Counted from the first letter of the whole stretch, positions 33,143 to 46,700 are shown. The stretch: 63,743 nucleotides of DNA, filler included, from Reclinomonas americana ATCC 50394 (GCA_048213135.1; 4 parts of 2 records of this genome joined end to end with filler, not necessarily neighbours in it), one strand, 5' to 3'. Numbers and translations: made by a program. The notes: a model not told the origin generated them from the letters alone.

Positions 33143-33703
33143 TACGCGGACAATACAGAAACAGCTAGCTCTCACCTTGTTTCCTTGTGTGTGTTCAGAC
33201 TCGCTGCATAGTGCGCTGCGCAGCCGCACATTGAATCCTGTAGCGCTGGTTGCCGTGATTTCTCTCCTGCATGAGGGTTCCCTTCACTGTTGCATTCTCG
33301 CAGATGTCGCTGCGCACTGTTTGGGGAAGACAGCGGACAATATACAGCAGCACTTTTGTCTTTTTCATCAATCAACAGAGCAAATCATGGGCGCTGGTGC
33401 CAGCAGAGCCGGTGGCAGAGTATACGAGCCACCGCCGCGTCCAATCGTGCGTCCAGCACCTTTCCCGAGCTTCGATACCACCCTCAAAGTCGGCATGGGA
33501 ACTTTGACCAGTCTGACGCCTTCGCAATCTCAGCAGTCGCAGCAGCCCAATCCCTTCCACCGTTGAGAGATGGCTGGTCGTGGTCCAAGCCTCGAAGAGA
33601 CGTGTGATCAAGTGAAACGTGCAATGAATGTCACCACTGTCTTGATCGACATAATAGTGAAAGATGAGTAGTGTGGCGTTCAGTTAGCTGGAGGAGACAG
33701 AGA

Positions 33704-33739
<36 letters not shown>

Positions 33740-34050
33740 TAAAGAAAGAGAGAGAGATAAAGAAAGAGAGAGACAGAGATAAAGAGAGACAGAGATAAAG
33801 AGAGAATGAGAGACAGGAGAAAGAGACAGAGAGACAGAGAGAGAGACAGAGATAAAGAAAGAGAGAGACAGAGACAAAGAAAGTGAGAGACAGAGAAAAA
33901 GAGAGGGAGAGACAGACAGGCAGAGACAGAGAAAAAGAGAGGGAGAAAGAGGGAGTGAGACAGAGAGACAGACAGACATACATACAGACCAAAAAACGCT
34001 TCTGAAAAAATGACACCGCGCAGTGAATGGTAGGTGGTATCACATCTGCT

Positions 34051-34920
34051 TTATCTCTGCCCCACCTCCTTCGCCTCCACAAACACATCGGTGTTAATCT
34101 CCATGACATACTGATCCACTCGCGCGGCCACCTCCTGCAGCTCCATCGGCACGTTCCCCTCGTCGTCGGGGAACTCAAACTTGTGCGGCGCCACAAACTT
34201 GTCAAACCGCACATCCGGCACCAGCCACAAGAACTTGATCCTCCTGCGGTTGCCCTCCTCCAAGAACCCCAACTGTTCTGCCACCGCCAGGACTCCCTCT
34301 TTCGGAGCAATCTTGATCTTCTGCTCCGTGTTGATGGAGATGGTGCCGAGCGTGCCGTCTGGTCCAATCGTGTCGACGGCGGCAATTGCAAAGGTCTTGG
34401 AGTACGGCCGCCACCGGATGCCGGCAGCTGCGGCGTCAATCTCGCTGACCTTGTCGAAGAAACGCTCCTCCGCGGGCGGCAGGGTGATGGTGAATTCCCC
34501 ACTGCCTCCTCCTCCTTGAACCAGTCGACGGCAGCGAAACTGGCCGCCGCGCAGCAGCAGTAAGTGGGCCATACCCTCCAAAAGGTCGCCAAAGGCACCG
34601 CCAGCAAACTCAGTGTCCCGCGCCCACCGAACAAAGTGGTGTACATGGCAGGCCGGGTATCGCTCCCACCGCTTCAGCAGCACGCGCAGCACAAACTGGG
34701 AGGCGAAGCGGTAATCGGCGCACACGCTAAAGTCTCTCCGAGCAACCTCAAAATGCACCAGCAGATGTATATATGAGATCTCGGTCGCCATCCTCCAGCA
34801 AGGCGGGAATCGCCATCAGATTGCTCTCCACCGCCTGTCTGAGCGACCGCATCAACTGCTGCTGTTGTGCCGGTGCGCCGAGCGACAGCACGTATCGCGG
34901 CACCCCACCCCACTTGCCCT
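34051..34920 (-). pseudogene. Crinkler (CRN)/RHS-type effector C-terminal fragment (end of NTPase module + restriction-endonuclease-like domain), apparently frameshifted
   Basis: One frame reads GKWGGVPRYVL..., then stops. A second frame continues HLLVHFEV..RFASQFV..GDLLEGMAHLLLLRGGQFRCRRL..WRPYSKTFAIAAVDTI. These motifs are typical of CRN/RHS proteins. The frame switch is near 34770-34800 and the 5' part is lost in an N gap. Confidence 0.65.
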
Positions 34921-35147
34921 ANNNNNNNNNNNNNNNNNNNNNNNNNNNNNNNNNNNNNNNNNNNNNNNNNNNNNNNNNNNNNNNNNNNNNNNNNNNNNNN
35001 NNNNNNNNNNNNNNNNNNNNNNNNNNNNNNNNNNNNNNNNNNNNNNNNNNNNNNNNNNNNNNNNNNNNNNNNNNNNNNNNNNNNNNNNNNNNNNNNNNNN
35101 NNNNNNNNNNNNNNNNNNNNNNNNNNNNNNNNNNNNNNNNNNNNNNG

Positions 35148-36539
35148 CCTCGGCTTGATGTCTGGACATTTCCACGTTGCGTTGCGAGGCCCAACTGCAG
35201 TGTTGTGGATGAGTATGATACGTATCTGCCGTGGTACAAGGTAAGGACATGGATACCTGGAGCGGAGTGAGGCCTCGGTGGCTCTTCTCGAGGTCTGCTC
35301 CTCCATCATCGACTGAAAATCTGCGGCAAAAACACAGGAGGCTTGAGGATTCGCGGAGTAACGGTGACGAACTCTCGACTACCACGCACCAGTGAGTCGC
35401 ATGTCGGCAATGTTGCTCTCGGAAAAGTAGTCGCCGTCCAGTGCAAAACCTACCACCGATCGAGACCTGTTGGAGTGCCACCCACTAGTGAGCCACCACG
35501 TCAAGCAAAGCAACGGAGAAAACGCCCTCCTACTGCACCTGTCTTCCCGTCGCATAGAGCCCTGCCGAGAGTTGGACCGCAGGCGCATCCCAAACGCAGA
35601 TGCCGTTCGCTGAGACGGCGACGACTGCTCCACATCGCACTGCCGGTCGTCGTGCTGTTGCAGCTCTGCCCGATACTCATCGTCGTCGTCGTCGTCATCA
35701 TCACCATCACCATCACCGTTTCCTTCACCACCACCACCTCCTCTGTCGTCGTCATCATCTTCGTCTCCATACAGGTCAGCCCCTCGTCGTCCAAGAGCGC
35801 CAGTGGCGGCAGCAGCAGAAGGAGAAGCTCCGTGCCGCCGTCGAGTGGTGTTGGCCGAGGCAGCCTTGCGCCCTCTTCCCGGTGGAGATCGCCCGTTCGC
35901 CGGTGGTTTCGGCGGCAGAAGGGCGCCACCAAGGCTGGTCTCCGCCCGCGGTGGTGGCTGCGGAAACGAATGCGAGGGATGGAGTGGTGGTGGTGGTGGC
36001 GGAGACTGCACAGAGTCACCGCCCGCCCCAATCATGGACGACACGGGAGACGGCGAGGCGGCGGAGGAGGACGATCGCGAGGCCGAGCTCGTGCGACTGA
36101 CACGCGCCAGCAAGCTGACCATGGCAGTCGGTGAGGTCGACCGTGGCGACCCGGCATTGGCGGTCGCCGCCACCGCAGCCACACTGCGTCTTCCACGCAG
36201 CGCCACGGGCGGTGAGTCGGCCAGACCAACCTCCAACAAATCCATCTGCGCCGTCGCTCCCGGACTTGCCCCGCCCCCGTACGGAGGAGAGTAGTCAGTG
36301 GCCAGCGACTGGGCGCGGAACAGTCGCGGGCTGTCACCAGCAGCAGCTGCTACTGGAGGAGGAGCACGAGTATTGCGAGCAGACCGTGGTGACTCGGGTG
36401 CACTGAATTGACCGGCTAATACACCCGCCGAGGTCGGTGTGGTGGGACTTGTGTTCCCACTGGCGCCGGCTGCGGTGTACTTGCTCGCCCGGAAGCGAGT
36501 GGACGGAGGCCGCGCGCTCAACAACGAGGCGTCCATGTC
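35148..36539 (-). CDS. Hypothetical protein with a disordered Ser/Pro/Asp-rich N-terminus, 3'-partial (runs into gap)
   Basis: A long first exon from MDASLLSARPP is followed by three short phase-compatible GT-AG introns (about 35540-35468, 35388-35321, 35256-35196), giving ..REDR|SRSVVG..RLT|DFQSMMEE..RS|SWASQRNVEMSRHQAE. Confidence 0.55.
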
Positions 36540-36730
36540 CAACTCGTGACACGCACGCACACACGTCACTAACGCGCACGTTACTCAGCCAAGTACACGT
36601 GGCGACGGTGAGTAAGAGCGAGCGCGATGGGGGAGTGTGGAACGCGCGAGTGAATGCGAGTGGGGACAAGCTCAATGATAAAGAACTGACAATCTACGAC
36701 AGTTTCTGTAGACATGACTCATTCATGGTT

Positions 36731-37253
36731 TCACTTTTCCTGCTCGGCCTGCTGCTTCCTCTGCTCCTCCGCGGCCGCGGCCATGTGCTGCAAACGTGCT
36801 TCGCGAGCCGGGGCCATCAGCTGCTCGATTTCCTCGACACTGGTCGGCACACTCGCCGTCAGCACCTCGCGTCCTTCCTTCGTCACCATCACGTTGTCTT
36901 CGATGCGGATGGCGATGCCACGGTACCTGCTCGTGTGGCGATCAGCATAGAGTGGGGGGAGACGTGAAGGAACTGGCCACAGCGCGCAACTTTTCCGGCA
37001 CGGTTTCGTCGTCACGGCGCAGATACAGGCCCGGCTCGATGGTGACCACCACGCCCGGCACGAGCGGAGTGGTGAGGCGCACGTTCTGCGAGTCGTGCAC
37101 GTCGATGCCGAGGTAGTGGCCGATGGAGTGCGGGTAGTATTTGAAGTAGTCGGTGGAGCTGGGCAGCGTGAAGCCGAGGCGGCGCAGGCCGGCGGTGAGA
37201 AGTTGCACGGAGGCGAGGTGGATGTCGTGCATCGTGCTGCCGGGTTGGACCAT
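36731..37253 (-). CDS. Xaa-Pro aminopeptidase (peptidase M24B, Icp55/XPNPEP3-like), last two exons only
   Basis: Metal-ligand motifs YYPHSIGHYLGIDVHD, PGVVVTIEPGLY and GIAIRIEDNVMVT. One short intron at about 36989-36927. Confidence 0.85.
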
Positions 37254-37886
37254 CTGGAGGGCGAAGGAGAAGGGGAAGGAAAGGGGAAGGGAAATGAGGG
37301 AAGGAACAGGGGGAAGGGGGAAGGGGAAGGACGGGGAAGGGAGAAGGGGGAAGGAGAAGGGGGAAGGAGAAGGGGGAAGGAGAAGGGGAAGGAGAAGGGG
37401 GAAGAGCAGGGAAGGAAAAGCGGGAGGAGAGGGGAACGGAGAACGGAAGAAGGAGAACCGCAGAAGGAGAAAGGGGGAAGGAACAGAGGAAGCAATAGGG
37501 AAAGGAGCAGAGGAAGGAGCAGAGGAAGGAGCAGGGGAAGGAGCAGAGGAAGGAGAAGGGGGGAAGTTGAAGGGAGACGAGCACATCTTTCTACCACTGC
37601 CTTCTCTGACTCTTGGCCGTGGGCACTCGACCACAATGCGTCGATTGTCAAGAGTTGCACAACGGGTGTCGTTCCACTCAACTCCTGCTTCTCCCTCTAG
37701 GGAGACAACGAGGGAGAGGCTGATTGCACTTTGTCCCTTTTCTTCCTCTCTCTCTCTATCTCCATGCTGTGAGCTTTCTGACTCAAGTGTCGCTCTCTTC
37801 CTCTCGCGAGAACCTTCTGCGCACGCACCACTTGCTGTTCTCCCTCCCTCTCCCTCCCTCCCTCCTCCTCCTTCCCCCTTCCTCAC

Positions 37887-39353
37887 CTCGCTCAATCTTG
37901 CTGCGCTGCAGCGTGTCAAACAACTCCGACAGCGGTCGTCGATGCGGCGGCAATTCATAGTGCAGCGTGCCACCGACCACATTCTTCTGCTCGGCGCCGA
38001 CAAACTCCGCGGTGACCCACCTGTGCACACATGCGAGTCAGGAGACACACACGGTGGAAACAGAAGGCACGTCCAGCACGCAACGCCGACAGCGCCGGAA
38101 TGTTGGGCGGCAAGGTGCGAATGGCGAGTCGATAACCGCCACCGTACTTGTTCTTCAGCTCCTGCGGCGAGCCCAGGCACCGCATGACTCCGTTGATCAT
38201 GATGCCGATACGGGTGCACAGCGCGTCGGCCTCCTCCTGTTGGCGGTTGAGCGTGAGGAGAAGGAGAAGAAGGAGGAGAAGGAGGAGAAGGAGGAGGAGG
38301 AGACAGACCGAGAGAAGGAGGAGGAAAGAAGAGAACAGTAGACGATGATGATGAAGGCGAACGAAGAAGAAGGTTAGGAGCAAGGGGGAAGAATGAAAAA
38401 GGGAAGAAATCAGGTGAAGGAGGAGGAGGAGGACAAAGAGGAAAGGAGGCGAAGGAGAAGAGGAAAAGAGAGGAGGAGAAACAAGAAGCAGACCAAAGAA
38501 ACGACAGAAAGAGAAGAACATGAAAAAGAAGAAGCAGACGGGTGATGATGACAAGGGACGAGGAGGAAGAGGAGGAGAGGGAGAAGGAGAGGAGGAGGAG
38601 GGGAAACATGAAGCAGACCAAGGAAACGAAGAAGAATGAAAGGGGAAGGAGAGAAGGAGGAGGAGAGAAGGAGAAGGAGAGTAAGAAGAAGAAAAGAACA
38701 ACAACAAGAAGAAGAATAGAAGAAGCAGAAGGCGACAATAAAAAAGGCGAACGAATAAGAAGGATAGGAGCAAGAAGAAGGGGAAGGAGCGATTGGAGGA
38801 AGTGGTGACGCACAAGATGAAGAAGTGGTGACGTACAAGATAAAGAAGAGAGGGAGCAAATAGAGACAGAGAGAAGAAGACAAAAAGACGAAGAAGCAGA
38901 TGATAACAATAGCGGAAAAAGAAGAACAAGATGACAAGAGAAGCACTCACGCGCGCGCACCATGAAATGTGTGGTCAAAATCACACAGCGATCGCGCTTC
39001 TTCTCGAGAATCATGTTCCACAGTTTGCGTCGAGTCACTGCAACACAGAATGTAAACAACAACACACGCTGCAAAGAACATGATACCAGAAGTACGCACC
39101 GGGATCCATGCCAGAAGAAGGCTGCAGTAAAACAGACAACCGTGAGCAAACCACTCACATAAGACGCACAAGCAAACCCACCTCGTCAAGCAACACGACA
39201 GCTGGATTGCCGATGAACGCCAGGGCCACGCTCAGCTTCCGCTTATTGCCACCGCTGAGCTCCACGCTCGGCTTGTTGGCGTGCTCCTGCAAGTCGAACT
39301 ACGTCGAGCACCGCGCAAGTCAGGGGAAATGCCGAGAAGACAAACACCTGCGC

Positions 39354-39391
<38 letters not shown>

Positions 39392-41241
39392 GCNNNNNNN
39401 NNNNNNNNNNNNNNNNNNNNNNNNNNNNNNNNNNNNNNNNNNNNNNNNNNNNNNNNNNNNNNNNNNNNNNNGGCCTTGCACCGAGGCGTCACCAGCCGAC
39501 GGGCCGACCACGCCAGTCAGTACGCCAATCAGAGTGGTTTCTGAGAAAGGGAGGGCGTGGTTAGCCTCGCCAAAAAAGCAGCAAGAGTCCACAAGCACGC
39601 AACTGCCGGCGCCATTGGGGCCAAGCAGACCGAAACACTCGCCCATGCCCACTCCGAGAGACACATTGTTGACAACGTGCTTTAGGCCGAACAGCTTGTT
39701 CACATTCTTGACCTCGAGCACGTGACCTTGTCCATCTGCGACGCGAGACGTAAGCACAGCACAGAAAATGCTGACGAGCGACAAGCAAGACAAAACGCAA
39801 CGCCGTTGGTTGATGCGTTCCCTCTCGGCCCGCACATCGTCGTCCTCGTCGGGCGATGGCACAAACGTGGCACTGCGCGCACGCAGCGCACCTGTGCGAA
39901 GACGGCGGAACTTGACGTACTCGATCGTGGCAATGATGCCGGCAAACACGGCGATCTCGCCCAACTGAATCAAGTAGAGCGACAGGATGGTGGTGTTGGA
40001 GACAATGGCACTGGCCGGCAGCGTGCTCTTGAGGGCCGTCGCTTGCGTCAGCAGCTGCAGGAAGAAGGAAATCGAGTAGGTCGGGATTACGCTGAAGCCA
40101 ATGTTGGGGCTGCGCGAATAATAGTGGAGGGTCAGCGGAGTTGTGAAGACAGCATGCACGCGCGAGCACTCACCCATCGGGCGGCGTCGAATTGAGGCCA
40201 CCAAAGACGAAGCGAATAATGTAGTACGGAACAATGGTGAAGATGGAGAGGACCAGCGGGAAGAAGCCTGCGATAGGTGGGAGTCAACAAGCTTTCCCCT
40301 CCGCACCGCCCTCCCACCCAACGCAACGAGTGGCATTCTCGGCCGAGTTGAACAGGAACGAGAGGCAGTGCACGAAGAGCACCAGGCAGGCGGGCATCAA
40401 TAAAAAGTAGATGATGTAGATGAGTGGAGAGATGTTGCCCTGGAAGGGCGGCATTTGGAAGGCGAGGCCGAGAATCAACATCAGAATGGAGGCCAGCAGC
40501 ACAAAGAGGTAATCGCTGATGAATTCGCCCAGCCAGTACATGCGCAGCGGCAGCGACGAGAGCTGCAGCTGGAGCTTGAGGTGCTTCTCGCGCTCGGTGA
40601 CCACCAGAATCACCAGCGTCGTGCTCATGAACACCAGACCGTAGCCGTACAGCACGGGTCCGGTGAACAAAAAGGTGAAATCGGCGAGGTTGAAGTTCGG
40701 ATAGATGAGCATCGAGCCGGGCATGGAAAGCGCCTGATTGTTGGTGCTCGTACGCAACAGGCCATTGGCCACCAGCGACACCGTGCTCAACAAGTCGTAG
40801 TTCGACGAGGTGTTGTTGAAGTACGTGTTGACAGAGGCGGACGAGGGCGACGCCGCCGAGAACGTCACTCCCGTGAGGTAATCCGCCGCATTGTTCTCCA
40901 AGTACGTGTTGAAGTTTGTCGACGAAGCGACACTGTTCAGCACCAGTGACGAGCCGGCAATGCCCGCCGACAGGATCGCCGCCACTTGCCCCGCATCAGC
41001 CGCGCCCAGCGCCTGGTACGGCACAGTGGGGCGGCCGGAGAAGTGACTGCGAATTCACAGCGACGCGATGAGAGGCACAAGCAAGAAGGGAAAGAAGAGA
41101 GAGGGAGTTGAAACGAAACTCGGGCGTCAGGGAGGTGGGCGTCGGAGGTGACGGGGTCAGCACCTTGTACAGGATGCCGGCGACGAGCACGAACACGCAG
41201 GGTGTCATGAGGCCGAGGAAGAAGGCGCGTCGGTTGCGCCA
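37887..41241 (-). CDS. ABC transporter subfamily A, second TMD + NBD (partial at both ends)
   Basis: [30 protein letters not shown]; Walker [14 protein letters not shown]; signature [12 protein letters not shown]; Walker [45 protein letters not shown]. Spread over 10 or more GT-AG exons. Confidence 0.92.
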
Positions 41242-41759
41242 CTGGAGAGGGAGAAGGGAGGGCGGAAGAGGGAGAAGCGAGGGTGAGGGGGAAGGGAGGG
41301 TGCGGGGGAAGGGCAAAGGGGGAAGGGAAAGGGAAAGGGAGAAGGGAAAGGGAAAGGGGGAAGGGGGAAAGCAGGAGAGAAAGGGAGAAGGGAAGGGAGG
41401 GTGCGAACAGTGTACGTGCGACAGGAGAGCATGAGGAAGGAAGCAGGAGAGAAACGGAGAGCACAGACAGAAGCGAGGGGACGGGGAAGTGAGGAATGGA
41501 AAGGAGGAAGGGACGGAGGAGAGATGGAGCGGACTCTGCATTAGTGAGTGCGAGTGGAGGATGAGGGAGCAAGCAGGAGAGAAACGGATAGCGCAGACAG
41601 AAGCGAGGGCGTGAGTGAGAGAGACAAAGGACAAGGGAGAGAGAGAAGGGAAGGAAGTGAGAGATGAGTGACAGAGTGAGTGACAGAGTGAGTAAGAGAG
41701 TGTGTTGGCGAGTGAGTGAATGTTCGTAAGTGAGTGTGTGCGAGAGAGAGAGAGGTGAG

Positions 41760-42165
41760 AGAGTGAGAATGCACTGAGTAGTCAGCATGCATGCATGATC
41801 GAGAATTTCTCCAGCAACTGCACAAGCATGCAAGAGCGAGTCTGAGTGAGTGAGTGAAAGGGAAGAGATGGGAGAGTGTGTTGGCGAGTGAGTGAATGTG
41901 CGTAAGTGAGCGTGAGCGTGCGTGCGAGAGAGAGGCGAGAAAGCGATAATGCACTGAGTAGTCAGCATGCATGCATGATCGAGAATTTCTCCTGCAACTG
42001 CACAAGCATGCAAGAGCGAGAGTGACAGGAAGAGATGGGAGAGTGTGTTGGCGAGTGAGCGAATGTGCGTAAGTGAGTGCGTGCGAGAGAGAGAGAGAGG
42101 TGAGAAAGTGAGAATGCACGGAGTAGTCAGCACGCATGCATGTTCGAGAATTCTTCCTGCAAAAT
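41760..42165. repeat. Three tandem 165-180-bp repeats
   Basis: GCAC(T/G)GAGTAGTCAGCA(T/C)GCATGCATG(A/T)TCGAGAATT recurs at 41771, 41951 and 42116. Confidence 0.85.
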
Positions 42166-43295
42166 GTGCATCAGTGTGTGTGCAAGTGAGTGTGCCAGAG
42201 AGTGCATGCCAGCGAGAGAGTGCACAACAGAAGAGAGCGATCACCAAAAAAATCTCCATCGCATCTCGTCGGCTTCTTGTCACCATCCACTGCCATTTTC
42301 CTCCCCATCTCTCCTGCGACGGACGGAGCTCATACGACAGCGACGCAACTATAATCGTGCGCTTGCGACGAAGAAGAGCCAAGAGTGTTCCCATTATTAT
42401 CACAAAGCAAAGGCAAAAGGCCACAAATGCTCTCAGCGAGCACACAGGCTCTGTCACTCACTCACTCACTCACTCACTCACTCACTCACTCACTCACTCA
42501 CTCACTCACTCACACTCACACTCACACTCACACTCACNNNNNNNNNNNNNNNNNNNNNNNNNNNNNNNNNNNNNNNNNNNNNNNNNNNNNNNNNNNNNNN
42601 NNNNNNNNNNNNNNNNNNNNNNNNNNNNNNNNNNNNNNNNNNNNNNNNNNNNNNNNNNNNNNNNNNNNNNNNNNNNNNNNNNNNNNNNNNNNNNNNNNNN
42701 NNNNNNNNNNNNNNNNNNNNNNNNNNNNNNNNNNNNNNNNNNNNNNNNNNNNNNNNNNNNNNNNNNNNNNNNNNNNNNNNNNNNNNNNNNNNNNNNNNNN
42801 NNNNNNNNNNNNNNNNNNNNNNNNNNNNNNNNNNNNNNNNNNNNNNNNNNNNNNNNNNNNNNNNNNNNNNNNNNNNNNNNNNNNNNNNNNNNNNNNNNNN
42901 NNNNNNNNNNNNNNNNNNNNNNNNNNNNNNNNNNNNNNNNNNNNNNNNNNNNNNNNNNNNNNNNNNNNNNNNNNNNNNNNNNNNNNNNNNNNNNNNNNNN
43001 NNNNNNNNNNNNNNNNNNNNNNNNNNNNNNNNNNNNNNNNNNNNNNNNNNNNNNNNNNNNNNNNNNNNNNNNNNNNNNNNNNNNNNNNNNNNNNNNNNNN
43101 NNNNNNNNNNNNNNNNNNNNNNNNNNNNNNNNNNNNNNNNNNNNNNNNNNNNNNNNNNNNNNNNNNNNNNNNNNNNNNNNNNNNNNNNNNNNNNNNNNNN
43201 NNNNNNNNNNNNNNNNNNNNNNNNNNNNNNNNNNNNNNNNNNNNNNNNNNNNNNNNNNNNNNNNNNNNNNNNNNNNNNNNNNNNNNNNNNNNNNN

Positions 43296-43625
43296 ACGAT
43301 CAGTGCTGGAGCAGACTGCAGCCATCGCTTGCCCAAGGAGGAACGACAAAGGATAAGTGAACTTGTTGTTGAACTTGTTGTTGCTGTTGTGCACCTGTGA
43401 AGAGTTGCGCGTTTCTCTTCCCTTCTCGACACGCCTTCATCGGCACGATCGGTGCTGGAGCAGACTGCGGCCATGGTTGGTCTCCGCCTGCCCAAAGAGG
43501 AAACGACAAAGGATAAGTGAACTTGTTGTTGCTGTTGTGCACATGTGAGGAGTTGCTCGATTCCCTTCCCTTCTCGACACACACGATCGGTGCTGGAGCA
43601 GACTGCAGCCATCGCTTGCCCAATT
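43296..43625. repeat. Tandem 140-150-bp repeats next to a gap
   Basis: ACGATC(A/G)GTGCTGGAGCAGACTGC recurs at 43296, 43445 and 43583. Confidence 0.85.
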
Positions 43626-43705
43626 GATAGACGGTTCCCGCTCTCCCTTTCTTCGCCATGATGCGTGTATGTGTCCTTTACAAAAAATATCCATCTCTTT
43701 TTTCT

Positions 43706-46700
43706 TTAGTTGCCATTGACTCGAGCGGGCATGGCGATGGCCACCCACGTCACGTACGTCTCGCCAATCTGCGCACCACTCGACGGCGTGATCACCATGC
43801 GGCCGTATGCGCCTGTCGGAGCTGTGCCCTGTTCCGGCACTCCGTTGCTGCGGAGGATGGAGGGCGCGACGCTGCCGGCCGTCGTCGTTAGTGTCTTCCA
43901 TCCGCGAAGGAAGAGTGCGTACTGGAAGCCTGACTGGCGGAGGCCGTAGGGTGCGGCACTTCTGTTGATGAACGACGCAGTGACAGCCGCCGTTCCCACA
44001 TGCTTGGTCTCTGTAGTGGCCAAACACAGCTGAGAATACGCTGGGAGCCAAGATGGTACCACACAATATAGAACACACACCTCCGCTGAGCATAATGTAT
44101 CCCGACATGTTGTCGCGCTCGTCGATAGCGGAGCCAATGAACAAGTACCGGCAAGCCATGCTCTCCACTCGGCTGTCGCCGCGCACTGTCAGCCGCAGCG
44201 ACGCCGTGTTGCCTCCACTCTGCCGACTGACGGCCACCTCAAACTCCTCGTTGCGAATGTTGCCGGCACCGGCCAAGCGCACAGTCGAGACGCCCGACAG
44301 AACGACGGCGACACTTGGCGGATACTCAAACTGCTGAACCTGGCGAACGTTGACCAACTGCGGCAAGACGGATAAATTGTGAGCCGCACTCGAATCCACA
44401 CAGCCAGCGCGTCCGCCGATTTTCTCTCACACCCTATAATTGCACTCACTCACTCTCACTCACTCACTCAATGACTCGAGCTCACTCTCATGCACTCATT
44501 CACTCACTCCCTCTCTCCCTTCCCTCCCTTCCTCCCTCTCTCTCCCTCTCCCTCCAGTCGATCCCTTCTCCCACTATCTTCTCCTCTCCAACGCAACAAT
44601 GCTCGACCGCTTGTTCGTGCTCGTGTTCGTCCAGATGGCCGGTCCGCGGATCACTCCCGTCTGCCCGGCAAACGTGAGAACAGAGCCCACAGGGCTGTAC
44701 GTCGCAATGTAGTCTACAGAGGTCGACAGTAAGAACAACGCCACAGATGAGCATATCGGCAAGTGAGCGCGCTCAACTGGTGATCAGCGACGTGAGGCGC
44801 GTGGTGCCAAACACGGAGCATCGAACAGCCACGTTGGTCGTCGTCACGGTGGGAATGCCGCAAAACACTTGCGTGTTGTCCTCCGTTTCGTTGACGATCG
44901 CCGACAGGCCAATGAGGACACGCGGAGTGCCAGCGAATGGCGACGGGAACGTGTGCGTGATGAGCGACGAACGCACACCAGTACCCGTCGACAGCTGCGC
45001 GTGCGCGGAGGAGAAGTGAATTCGGGTTAGCGACAACAGGGGAGGGGGAACATCAACGACAACGCACGGTGGTCGACACTTGGTTGGCAGCCACGCTGGA
45101 CGTTTGTACCGTGATGCCCGACGACACATTATCGCCTCCAAACACTGAGGCCGGACCAGTTGGGTATGTCGCGACGCAGAGCTTGGTGTTTCCTGACGTC
45201 GTGGCGGTGACCGAGATGGTGTATGTGGAGCAGCCAGTGCTTGAGCATGCCGACGCGTCAAGCACTCCCGCCACATACGACGACACCGTCGCCGTCGCTG
45301 GAGGTGCAGAGTGCGTCAGAGAATTCAATATGAGAAGCAACGGAGCACGGAAGAGACGAACCAGAAGCCGCCGAGTTCTGGCAGTCAGTGAGATTGACCA
45401 CGCTGTTCGTTTCCACAATGCGGAAGCGCGTGCAGCTGGTGAAGGCGCTGTTCACGGAGCGAATGCTCACTTGCGTGGCCCTGTTCAGCGCAAAGTTGGA
45501 CGGCACCATGAAACCAATGACTGGAGTGGCCGAGGCAGTGATTGTGAACGTGCTCCCGACTGGCACGTACGATCCGTCTTGGTAGCTGTGTTCGAGAGGG
45601 GGAGGAAGGGAGAGGGAGAAGGAGAGGGATAGGGAGAGTAAGAGGGAGAGGGCGAGGAAGAGGATGAGGATGAGGATGAGGATGAGGATGAGGATGAGGA
45701 TGAGGATGAGGATGAGGANNNNNNNNNNNNNNNNNNNNNNNNNNNNNNNNNNNNNNNNNNNNTTAATTAATTAANNNNNNNNNNNNNNNNNNNNNNNNNN
45801 NNNNNNNNNNNNNNNNNNAAGACAGAGAGTGACAGAGACGGCGACGAGAGTAAGAGGGAGAGGGCAAGGAGGAGGATGAGGGTGAGGGTGAGGGAGAGGG
45901 CGAGGGAGAGGGAGAGGGCGAGGAAGAGGGGCAGGGTGAGGGATAGAGAAGGGGGAGATTAGGGGAGAGAGAGAGAGAGGGAGAGGGAGAAGACGAGGAA
46001 GACGAGGAAGACGAGAGAGAGTGGGACAGAGAAGAAAAAAGGCGATGGGGAGGGTGACGGGCAGAGTGAGGGAGATAGAGTTAAAGAGGGCAAGGAGAGG
46101 GAAAGGAGGGATATTCTGGCAGCAAGAGTGACAGCGAGTGGAGAGGGAGTGAGATAGAAAGAGGATAGAGACGGAGACAGCAGAATGAACGCGGGACAGA
46201 GAGAGAAAGAGAGAATCAGAGATAGATACGAGCGGGAGAGAGGGGGATGCATCTCCGAGTAATGTGCAACAAATTGCATACCGCAAGCAAATTTGGTACT
46301 CCGCCGCTGCGTAGAATGTGCACGAGGCGGCTGACACAGCAGAGGCCGTCGACACGGCCAGGCGGATCGCATTCGGAGTAACTGCGCTGACCGTGACGGG
46401 AACGTCTGCTGAGGCACAGGTGGCCGATGTGGACAAGAAGATCGCGGCTGCACTCGGTCCCGGAGTCGCTGGATTCGTGCCGTTTGCAGCCGTGCTTGGA
46501 ATTGACGTGGAGAAGCCAGCGCCGGTGATCTGCACCTGCTGGGCCAGCAAGCCCTGCGGCAGCATAGCCGGAGTAACAGCAGTAATCGAGTCTGTGCGAG
46601 GTAGACGCGTGTGTCAGCTGCAATCATTCATCTCCAAAAGTCAGTGGCACGCAACAAATGGTGATCGTGGCAGCCAACTGCGGCGCAAGCACTCCGTTAG

